From: Deltaproteobacteria bacterium
GTDB taxonomy: Bacteria; SAR324; NAC60-12
Assembly (NCBI GenBank): GCA_038150265.1
Contig: JAYOTF010000056.1
Coordinates: forward strand, 1 to 14,317
Direction: 5' to 3'
Length of the DNA: 14,317 nucleotides
Below are positions 7,116 to 14,269 of this stretch, piece after piece (positions within the stretch are counted from its first letter, which is position 1; every line of letters begins with the position of its first letter). The notes beneath the pieces are model-generated. The model saw only the letters and a program-made list of their open reading frames with translations, was not told the origin of the DNA and searched no databases. Position numbers and translations under genes: made by a program.

Positions 7116-8285
7116 ATGAGGTACCTCACTCCTTTTCTGCAACGTGACCTGACGCACAAAATGGTTTTTGTCGGTGGCCCACGACAGGTGGGCAAAACCA
7201 CCCTGGCAAAAGCAATTCTGGCACAACACCGGGCGGGAGGCTGCTACCTGAATTGGGATCATGATGAAGATCGCCAGCGTATTTTGCACAAAAAGTGGCT
7301 TCGCTCCGACCACCTGCTGGTGTTTGACGAGTTGCACAAGTATCCACAGTGGAAGCAGTGGCTCAAGGGGCTTTATGACACCCAGGCCGACCATCATGCC
7401 ATTTTGGTAACCGGCTCAGCACGGCTGGACCTCTATCGTCAGGGAGGCGATTCGCTCATGGGGCGTTACCACTACTGGCGGCTGCACCCCATGACGCTGG
7501 ATGAAGCACCCGTCGAGAACAGGGAGGCACTGCTGTCGCAACTCCTGACTTTGGGAGGTTTCCCTGAACCGCTCCTGCAAAATGACCTGCGTGAGGCAAA
7601 ACGGTGGCGGCGGGAACGCTTTGACCGGGTGCTGTTCGAGGACATTCGTGACCTCGAACCCATCCGGAATCTTCAATCGCTACGCCTGTTGACCGACTTG
7701 TTGCGCCAACGGGTGGGAAGCCTGGTGGTCATGAGCCATCTGGCCTCGGATCTTCAGGTGGCACCACAAACCGTCAAGTCGTGGATCGCTGCCCTGGAAC
7801 ACATGTATCTGCTGTTTCTGGTATCACCTTACACCCGAAAAATTTCCCGAGCGGTACAGAAGCCTCCGAAGATTTACTTCTATGACAATGCGGACGTGGT
7901 TGGAGACGAAGGGGCCCGTTTTGAAAACCTGGTGGCGAGCCACCTGTTGAAGTGGTTGCAGTTTCGGGAGGATTATGAAGGAGATCGCTGTCAACTCCAT
8001 TATCTGCGTGACAAGGAAGGGCGAGAAGTCGACTTTGTGGTGGAAGTGAATGGGGAGGTTGAAGAATTGATTGAAGTGAAGTGGGCTGATGCCGTGCCGT
8101 CACGGAGCTTGAAGTATTATCAGCGCCAGCTACAGCCGCTTCGCACCACCCAGATTGTCGCGCGACTCGGTTATGCGTATGAACAGGACGGCGTGCGTGT
8201 GCTGCCGGTGGCGGATTATTTCTCAGCCTCCCCCTGGAACCCTCCCCCCTCTCCAAGCAGCACCTCGGCTGGCAACGCCGCATGA
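7116..8285 (+). CDS. AAA+ ATPase with wHTH and C-terminal PD-(D/E)XK nuclease-like domain (AAA_14 + DUF4143 type)
   Basis: Walker A GPRQVGKT, Walker B LLVFDE, TGSA, SLMGR, GGFPE, HTH-like LASDLQVAPQTVKSWIAALE, PKIYFYD, FENLV and EVDFVV...LIEVK. The start is moved from 6984 to ATG 7116 (MRYL...) because family members begin about 20 aa before Walker A. Confidence 0.92.
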   Translation: MRYLTPFLQRDLTHKMVFVGGPRQVGKTTLAKAILAQHRAGGCYLNWDHDEDRQRILHKKWLRSDHLLVFDELHKYPQWKQWLKGLYDTQADHHAILVTGSARLDLYRQGGDSLMGRYHYWRLHPMTLDEAPVENREALLSQLLTLGGFPEPLLQNDLREAKRWRRERFDRVLFEDIRDLEPIRNLQSLRLLTDLLRQRVGSLVVMSHLASDLQVAPQTVKSWIAALEHMYLLFLVSPYTRKISRAVQKPPKIYFYDNADVVGDEGARFENLVASHLLKWLQFREDYEGDRCQLHYLRDKEGREVDFVVEVNGEVEELIEVKWADAVPSRSLKYYQRQLQPLRTTQIVARLGYAYEQDGVRVLPVADYFSASPWNPPPSPSSTSAGNAA

Positions 8286-8354
8286 GCGGATGAGGGTGCA
8301 AAGATCGGCACAGTTTCTCTCAAAAGTGGCTTCCAGTCCACATTGAAAATCTGG

Positions 8355-8555
8355 TCAGCCACGAGAAGAAACGTAAAAAGGTGATTTCTTGATGCTGTCT
8401 GTCAACTCATCATCGAACAAGTCAGCAGTCTCATCCCACCCTTTCAGCAATCCTTCCGTGGTGATGGTACCGGGCCCCGTATTCTTGCAGAAGATTTCCT
8501 GCTCCAGCCGATCTGGATCAAGGTTTGAGTTTTTAACCCCGAAAAAGTTTGGCAT
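8355..8555 (-). CDS. Small acidic hypothetical protein (66 aa), islet cargo
   Basis: A strong Shine-Dalgarno AAGGAGG lies 4 nt before ATG 8555 (MPNFFGVKNSNLDPDRLEQEIFCK...). It lies within track ORF 8355..8639 and is convergent with the ATPase. Confidence 0.6.
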   Translation of the reverse strand: MPNFFGVKNSNLDPDRLEQEIFCKNTGPGTITTEGLLKGWDETADLFDDELTDSIKKSPFYVSSRG

Positions 8556-8703
8556 CAGGCCTCCTTGTTGTGGGTTCCTCACATAATATGATGTCTCCTT
8601 GAAATGGAAATTCAAAGAAACCGGACACATAAGATACATATCAGAGGTGGCACAATTTCTTGCGGAAGGCTATGCCAAGCTACACCTAAACCACTGAAAT
8701 CAT

Positions 8704-8780
8704 TGGTGGGCCAGGAGGGACTCGAACCCCCGACCTAGCGATTATGAGTCGCCAGCTCTAACCAACTGAGCTACTGGCCC
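8704..8780 (-). tRNA. ileX: tRNA-Ile2 (CAT anticodon, lysidine-modified, reads AUA)
   Basis: Reverse complement GGGCCAG TA GCTC AGTTGGTTA GAGC T GGCGA CTCATAA TCGCT AGGTC GGGGG TTCGAGT CCCTC CTGGCCC ACCA forms a 77-nt cloverleaf with encoded CCA. The G1-C72 pair and the absence of three consecutive G-C anticodon-stem pairs exclude fMet. The anticodon arm GGCGACTCATAATCGCT matches E. coli tRNA-Ile2 as I recall it. Elongator Met is less likely. Confidence 0.93.
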
Positions 8781-8795
8781 ATGAGGAAGCCATCC

Positions 8796-8824
8796 AGTAT
8801 AAGAGGTGTGGGGGTGTTTGGAAA
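8796..8824 (-). promoter_or_regulatory. Candidate sigma70 promoter of the tRNA gene
   Basis: Minus strand TTTCCA (8824-8819)-N17-TATACT (8801-8796), 15 nt upstream of the tRNA 5' end. Confidence 0.5.
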
Positions 8825-8836
8825 GCAAAACCCGGC

Positions 8837-11089
8837 TCATGAGGACGTCTGAGGGTTCAGGTGCCGGGGCAGGGTGAGGCGAAAGCAGGTGCCCGGTTGC
8901 TGATCGGTGCGGTTGTGGACGGTGAGCCGTCCCCCATGGAGGTGGGCAAGATCGCGGGAAATGGCAAGCCCCAGCCCCGTGCCCTGGTCTTCCGGCTTGG
9001 TGGTGAAGTCGGGCTCAAAGACCCGCTCTCGCAAGGCACTGGGGATGCCGGGGCCCTGATCGGAGATGAGGAGGTGGAGGAAGGAAGGGGTTTCTTCCAC
9101 CCGCCACTCAATGAGCTGCTGCTCCCGAGGCTGCTCGCTCATGGCATCTGCGGCATTGTTGGTCAGGTTCATGAGGATTTGCTGAATCTCCACCTTGACC
9201 ACGGGAATCAGGAGGGGGGCCTCAGGGAAATGGAGGTGCAGCCGCACCTCTCGCAGAGTTGGCTCAATGAGCGCGTGGGTCTCCCGAAGCAGCTCCCCGA
9301 CTTCCATCCACTGGGGCTCCGGACGGGAGCCCTCTTCCCGCACATAGTGCCGGAGGCGGTTCAGGACATCAGTAATGGTGGACGTGGCAGACTCAATGAG
9401 GGACAGGGCAGGGGAGTCGCTTGCCTGAGGCCGAAGCAGGTCCACTCCCATGGAGATCGTTGCCAGGGGCGTGCGGAGGTCATGCGCAAGCTGCCGAACG
9501 AGGAGCTTGAGGCCGTTGATGCGGTCGAGGTGCATGAGCTGCGAGCGTTGCTTGCGCAGCTCCTCAAGCCGCTTCTGCTCTTCCGTGATGTCGCGGGTGA
9601 TGCCGACCAGCAGTTGCCGTCCCGAGTGCGACATCCAACGGGCGTGGCTTTCCACCGTGATGCGCTTGCCAGAGGGCAGGTTGAGCCGAAAGGTGCTCTG
9701 GGGGTACTCCTGCCCCTCCTTGATGTGCTCGCGGATGCGCCGGTCCTGCTCCTCATCTTCTGGCGCCAGCCGCTGGCACCACGCTTCTCCAAAGTCTTCC
9801 TCCACCTCAATTTCCAGCAAGCGCCGCTGAGACTCGGTGTAGGTGGTGTGGAGCGTGTGCGGGTCAAAGGTGAAGATGCCAAACGCGTTCGCTTCCTGGG
9901 CCAACCGGAGGATCTCCAGCTGTTCCTGAATCTTCTGCTCCTGGGCTTCCTCAGCCTCAACGTCCCGGTAGGTCGAAATGAGGGCCTGCTCGCCGCCGTA
10001 TTCAATGAATTCGGTATTGACGCGGATGGGAAAGCGCCGACCACGCAGGTCCTGAACGGCAATGCGGTAGTTCTTGAGGTGCCCCTGCTGCTGCAGGGTC
10101 TGAAGCATGGGCTGTCGGTCTTCCGGGTTCTGGTAGAGGTTGGGCACCGGTTGTCCCATCAGGTGCTCGCGGGTGGTGCCCGCCAGGCGGGCCATCTCAT
10201 CGTTGGCAAACAGCACCATCCCGTCTTCCTGCCGGGTGACCATCAGCGGCTGCACGGAGCACTCCAGCGCGGCTGCGAGTCGAGCGTGTGTGAGCTGATT
10301 CTCGGCCACGTCTTCCTGGTGCATCCGGATCAGCTCCTGAACGTCTTCCTTGTGAATCTGCAGCACCTCCAGCAGGTCGGCATAGGGGCTCCCCTCCGGA
10401 AGCTGGGGCAGCGGCTGGGAAAAGGCCTCCTGGTCCAGGGTCCAGCGGGAGAGGGATTCGTGGATCAGGTTCAGCGCCTTGGAATCGGCAGTGCACAGGG
10501 GTTCAAAGTGTGGCAGGTGCAGGGGCTGGTGGCTGAGCAGCTCGAGGAGGGTCGCGTCGAGGTCTTCAACGATGGCGATCTTCTGCTTCAGGGGCTCCGG
10601 TGTGGCCAGCAGGACCCCCTTGGCGATCCACTTGGTGGCAGGAGAGATCCGGACGGCGTAGGCTTCGGCCTCTGGGAGGATCAGCTGCAGGCGCTTCACA
10701 AACTCCCAGCGGCTTTTGAGCGTGGACCCGCTCAGGTTCAGGAAGTCACTGAGGTAGCTGACGGGGCCAGGGAGCGTTTGCCGGATCGCCCACTGCAGCT
10801 CTCCGACTGCTCGAGTCTCGTTTCCCTCAAAGACCCCCACTCCCCGACTGACGATGACCGTATCGTTGATCACGGCGAGATCCGAGCGGGAGTTCTGGCC
10901 CTGGCAGCTCCACTCCTGTTCGCGCCGCACCCAGATGCGGGTTCCGGCAAGGGAAAGCTCCTGAACCCCATGGGGGCTCTGAAAAATGAGATCGAAGGCC
11001 TGTGCGTGGGGCAAGAATGCAGCTGGGTGACACCAGTCCGGCGGAAGGGGCCTGGCAAGGTAACAGCAGGTCTGTATCTTGCCTACCAT
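8837..11089 (-). CDS. Cytoplasmic PAS-PAS sensor histidine kinase with an uncharacterised N-terminal domain
   Basis: H-box LAHDLRTPL, N-box QILMNLTNNAADA, G1 ISDQGPGI, F-box VFEPDFTTK and G2 GTGLGLAIS. Two PAS/PAC domains (VLFANDEMARLAG...TYRDV; GIFTFD...LVGITRDITE). No transmembrane helix. The start codon is uncertain. Confidence 0.92.
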   Translation of the reverse strand: MVGKIQTCCYLARPLPPDWCHPAAFLPHAQAFDLIFQSPHGVQELSLAGTRIWVRREQEWSCQGQNSRSDLAVINDTVIVSRGVGVFEGNETRAVGELQWAIRQTLPGPVSYLSDFLNLSGSTLKSRWEFVKRLQLILPEAEAYAVRISPATKWIAKGVLLATPEPLKQKIAIVEDLDATLLELLSHQPLHLPHFEPLCTADSKALNLIHESLSRWTLDQEAFSQPLPQLPEGSPYADLLEVLQIHKEDVQELIRMHQEDVAENQLTHARLAAALECSVQPLMVTRQEDGMVLFANDEMARLAGTTREHLMGQPVPNLYQNPEDRQPMLQTLQQQGHLKNYRIAVQDLRGRRFPIRVNTEFIEYGGEQALISTYRDVEAEEAQEQKIQEQLEILRLAQEANAFGIFTFDPHTLHTTYTESQRRLLEIEVEEDFGEAWCQRLAPEDEEQDRRIREHIKEGQEYPQSTFRLNLPSGKRITVESHARWMSHSGRQLLVGITRDITEEQKRLEELRKQRSQLMHLDRINGLKLLVRQLAHDLRTPLATISMGVDLLRPQASDSPALSLIESATSTITDVLNRLRHYVREEGSRPEPQWMEVGELLRETHALIEPTLREVRLHLHFPEAPLLIPVVKVEIQQILMNLTNNAADAMSEQPREQQLIEWRVEETPSFLHLLISDQGPGIPSALRERVFEPDFTTKPEDQGTGLGLAISRDLAHLHGGRLTVHNRTDQQPGTCFRLTLPRHLNPQTSS

Positions 11090-11226
11090 AATCGGTTGAC
11101 GCGATCTGTCAACTTGGGAGATTCACGTAGTTTCCTGCTTGACTTGGTGGCGCAAAAGGAGTTCGCTTGTGAACCTGGCTCCGCCACCGTGTTGTTACCC
11201 TCTCCCCTTATTCCAGAAAGTAGACC

Positions 11227-12651
11227 ATGCCCAGTCCTCACAGTGCCAGCAACAGCATCATCGTCCGGCTCAAGCTCGATAACGAGGTTGGCGTTCTTGC
11301 CAAAGTGACGCAAAAGATTTCTGACCTTGGCGGCAACATCGGGGCCATTGACCTCGTTCGCCCGGAAGCCGGGTTCCTCATCCGGGACATCAACGTGTTC
11401 ACTCGGGACGTGGAGCACGGGCGCTGCATTGTTGAGGCCCTCAAGGAACTGGAGCATGTGGAGTTCATCAACTTCTCCGATCGGGTCTTCCTGGCTCACC
11501 TGAAAGGGAAGATGGAAATCGCGCCCCGCATTCCCCTCAAAACCCGCGACGACCTCTCCATTGCCTACACCCCGGGGGTCGCTCGGGTCTGCATGGCCAT
11601 TCATGAAAATCCGGAAGACGCCTACAAGCTCACCATCAAGGGCAATACCGTGGCGGTGGTCACGGATGGCACCGCGGTGCTGGGCCTGGGAGACATCGGC
11701 CCCAAGGCCGGCATGCCGGTGATGGAAGGCAAGGCCATGCTCTTCAAGCAGTTTGCCGGCATTGACGCCTGGCCGATCTGCCTGGATACCAAAGACACCG
11801 AGGAGATCATCCGGACCGTCAAGGCCATTGCACCAGGCTTTGGAGGCATCAACCTGGAAGACATCTCGGCGCCCCGCTGCTTTGAGATTGAGCGTCGCCT
11901 GCAGGAAGAGCTGGACATCCCGGTGTTTCATGACGACCAGCATGGCACGGCCGTTGTGACCACCGCTGCCCTCATCAACGCCCTCAAACTGGTGGGCAAG
12001 AAGGCGGAAGACGTCAAGGTGGTGGTCTCCGGAACCGGTGCAGCGGGAACCGCATGTGCCAAGATGATCTATGGCCTGGGAGTCCGGAACCTGATCGGCT
12101 GCGATCGCTCCGGAGTGGTGCATGCTGGGCGTGACGACATCAATGATGAAGCCAAGCAGTGGTTTGCTCACACCGCCAATCCGCATCAGGAGACCGGGAC
12201 GCTCAAGGACGTGATTGCGGGCGCAGATGTCTTCATTGGGGTGTCTGCTCCCGGTGTGTTGAACGCGGAAGATGTGCAGAAAATGGCCGACCAGGCGATT
12301 GTCTTTGCCATGGCCAACCCGACTCCCGAGATCATGCCCGAGGAGGCGCTGCCTTATGTGGCGGTGATGGCCACCGGCCGGAGCGACTACCCCAACCAGA
12401 TCAACAATGTGCTCTGTTTCCCCGGAATTTTCCGCGGAGCTCTTGATTCTTTGGCCACGACCATCAACATGGAAATGCAGCTTGCTGCAGCCCAAGCCAT
12501 TGCAGAAACCATCGAGGAACAGCACCTCAACCCGGATTACATCATTCCGAGCGTCTTCGACCCTTCCATTGCCCCGAAAATTTCGGCGGCTGTGCAAGAG
12601 GCCGCACAGCGCACCGGAGTGGCGCGCAAGGCCGCGAATTCGGACCTCTGA
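11227..12651 (+). CDS. NAD(P)-dependent malic enzyme with N-terminal ACT domain
   Basis: ACT-like IVRLKLDNEVGVLAKVTQKISDLGGNI. Malic enzyme motifs AYTPGV, VTDGTAVLGLGDIG, MEGK, NLEDI, FHDDQHGTA, GTGAAG, FAMANP and ATGRSDYPNQINN. No phosphotransacetylase domain, so it is not MaeB-type. Confidence 0.95.
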   Translation: MPSPHSASNSIIVRLKLDNEVGVLAKVTQKISDLGGNIGAIDLVRPEAGFLIRDINVFTRDVEHGRCIVEALKELEHVEFINFSDRVFLAHLKGKMEIAPRIPLKTRDDLSIAYTPGVARVCMAIHENPEDAYKLTIKGNTVAVVTDGTAVLGLGDIGPKAGMPVMEGKAMLFKQFAGIDAWPICLDTKDTEEIIRTVKAIAPGFGGINLEDISAPRCFEIERRLQEELDIPVFHDDQHGTAVVTTAALINALKLVGKKAEDVKVVVSGTGAAGTACAKMIYGLGVRNLIGCDRSGVVHAGRDDINDEAKQWFAHTANPHQETGTLKDVIAGADVFIGVSAPGVLNAEDVQKMADQAIVFAMANPTPEIMPEEALPYVAVMATGRSDYPNQINNVLCFPGIFRGALDSLATTINMEMQLAAAQAIAETIEEQHLNPDYIIPSVFDPSIAPKISAAVQEAAQRTGVARKAANSDL

Positions 12652-12687
12652 GGGGCAGCCTCTCACCTTGTCTGAATCAGGAAACCC

Positions 12688-13137
12688 ATGTTGAAGCTCA
12701 AGACGCTGTTGCTGACCGGATTGGTCAGTGTTGCTTTCACCGCCACCCCCCTCTTTGCCAATGACGCTGAAACCGTCATCAAGTACCGCAAGGCGGTCTA
12801 CACCTCCATGAAGGGGCACATGGGAGCGATTGTGGGGATTTTGAAGGGAGGGCTGACCGACTACCAGGGGCACCTGGCAGACCATGCCGCTTCTTTGGAA
12901 AATTCCGCCCGGATCATTCCGGCCCTGTTTCCGGAAGGCTCCGATCAGGGGGACACCGATGCCGACCCGAAGATCTGGAGCGACCGAGCAGGCTTTGAAA
13001 AGGCCGCTCAGCGTCTGGAAGCGGCGAGTCAGGAGCTGCTGGCGGCGGCTCAGTCCGGAGACATGCGGGCCGTTGGAAAAGCCGTTGGACAGGTGGGGGG
13101 CTCCTGCAAGGGGTGCCACGATACCTACCGTAAATGA
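12688..13137 (+). CDS. Cytochrome c' (class II four-helix cytochrome c)
   Basis: Signal peptide ending PLFA, N-terminal helix IKYRKAVY, LFPEGS...TDADPKIW, and C-terminal heme motif CKGCHDTYRK. Confidence 0.93.
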   Translation: MLKLKTLLLTGLVSVAFTATPLFANDAETVIKYRKAVYTSMKGHMGAIVGILKGGLTDYQGHLADHAASLENSARIIPALFPEGSDQGDTDADPKIWSDRAGFEKAAQRLEAASQELLAAAQSGDMRAVGKAVGQVGGSCKGCHDTYRK

Positions 13138-14033
13138 GGCACCGCCTGAAGCTGGCAGTGCTGCTGCCAGCGTGCTGCTTCAGCCTCTTGGCGCATGCCC
13201 GGACCCCAGACCCCATTGCCGGGGAACAGGTGTTCCACGCGGCGGGCGGCTGTGGCTGTCACACGGACACGGATGGCAACGGAGCGTTTCTCGCTGGGGG
13301 ACGCCCGATTCCCACGCCTTTCGGCCTCTTTTACTCGACGAACATCACGCCCGATCCCCAAGCCGGCATCGGTGGCTGGAGCGATGACGACTTCCTCCGG
13401 GCCATGACCGAAGGCACGGGTCCGGACGGCACCCATTACTTCCCTGTTTTCCCCTATACCTCCTTCAGTCAGATGACGCAGGAGGACCTGCTGCACCTGA
13501 AGGACTACCTGGACACGGTTCCCGCTGTGAACCAGCCCGACCGGCCTCATGAGGTGCCCTTTCCCTTTAATCTGCGCATCGGAGCCTGGTTCTGGAAACT
13601 CGTGAACCATCACCCGGAGCCACTGGAGCCCGATCCGACTCAAACGGATTCGTGGAACCGAGGGCGCTACCTGACCGAAGCGGTGGCGCACTGTGGAGAG
13701 TGCCACACTCCCCGAAACCTGATGGGAGCCCTGAGGCGTGACCTCGCCTACGCCGGCGCGGAGGACGGCCCAGAGGGAGAGTCGGCCCCGAACATCACTC
13801 CGGATCCGAAGACCGGCATTGGCGACTGGTCGAAAGCGGACCTGGTGTATGCCCTGGAAGTCGGGATGCTTCCGGACGGTGACTTTGTCGGAGGCCTGAT
13901 GGGGCTGGCGGTGGATCACTATCAGCAGTTGCCTCCGGAAGACCTGGAAGCCATTGCCGAGTACGTCCTGTCTCTGCCTCCGGTGGTCAACCAAGTCGGC
14001 AAGCCCAAGGAAAGCGGTGAGTCGGCGTGGTGA
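13134..14033 (+). CDS. Periplasmic diheme cytochrome c (CycG-like, related to gluconate/alcohol dehydrogenase cytochrome subunits)
   Basis: ATGA overlap with the cytochrome c' stop and a signal peptide ending AHA. Motifs GGCGCHT, LAGG...TPFG.FYSTNITPD...GIGGWS, FPYTSF, RGRYL...HCGECHTPRN, APNITPD and GGLM. Confidence 0.92.
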   Translation: MRHRLKLAVLLPACCFSLLAHARTPDPIAGEQVFHAAGGCGCHTDTDGNGAFLAGGRPIPTPFGLFYSTNITPDPQAGIGGWSDDDFLRAMTEGTGPDGTHYFPVFPYTSFSQMTQEDLLHLKDYLDTVPAVNQPDRPHEVPFPFNLRIGAWFWKLVNHHPEPLEPDPTQTDSWNRGRYLTEAVAHCGECHTPRNLMGALRRDLAYAGAEDGPEGESAPNITPDPKTGIGDWSKADLVYALEVGMLPDGDFVGGLMGLAVDHYQQLPPEDLEAIAEYVLSLPPVVNQVGKPKESGESAW

Positions 14034-14071
14034 CGCCCGCTCCCCAACCGACAGCCTGATCCACGCCTGAG

Positions 14072-14099
14072 CTGGGGGCGAGTTTCTTCTCGCCTCCAG
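14072..14099. terminator. GC-rich hairpin downstream of the cytochrome genes
   Basis: CTGGGGGCGAG-TTTCTT-CTCGCCTCCAG forms an 11-bp stem with one G-U pair. There is no U-tract, so it may be a transcript-stabilising stem rather than an intrinsic terminator. Confidence 0.35.
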
Positions 14100-14269
14100 A
14101 GCGCCAGCAGTCCCTCTGCAGCCCTTTCTCAAAGCCCCCCACCCGCTTCTGAACCCTACCGCCTCCATGCCCGTTATGGGGCCATGCGCTTCGTTTTGGG
14201 CCTGGGGCCCACAGGCTCGCTTCGTCTCACCTTACCGGGTTTGACGGGATGACGTGCGGTCGGTCGCTC

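Larger units (their letters stand above)
6852..8738. mobile_element. Integrase-less genomic islet integrated at the tRNA-Ile2 3' end
   Basis: Flanked by the 35-bp tRNA 3'-end direct repeat. The interior is visibly more AT-rich than the flanks, especially 6930-6990 and 8300-8700. It carries two ORFs and no recombinase. Confidence 0.82.

Noticed and set aside
8622..8650. dif/Xer-like site (GGACACATAA-GATACA-...)
   Set aside because: Only the left arm loosely resembles an XerC site. The XerD arm TTATGTTAAAT is absent.
8704..8780. tRNA-Met or fMet assignment from the CAT anticodon
   Set aside because: Paired G1-C72 and the GGCGA/TCGCT anticodon stem fit Ile2 better. An isotype-specific covariance model would settle it.
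8861..11308. 815-aa plus-strand ORF
   Set aside because: Antisense shadow of the histidine kinase, which has all the conserved boxes.
11083..14168. 678-aa and 347-aa minus-strand ORFs
   Set aside because: Antisense to the malic enzyme and cytochromes, which are the motif-bearing frames.
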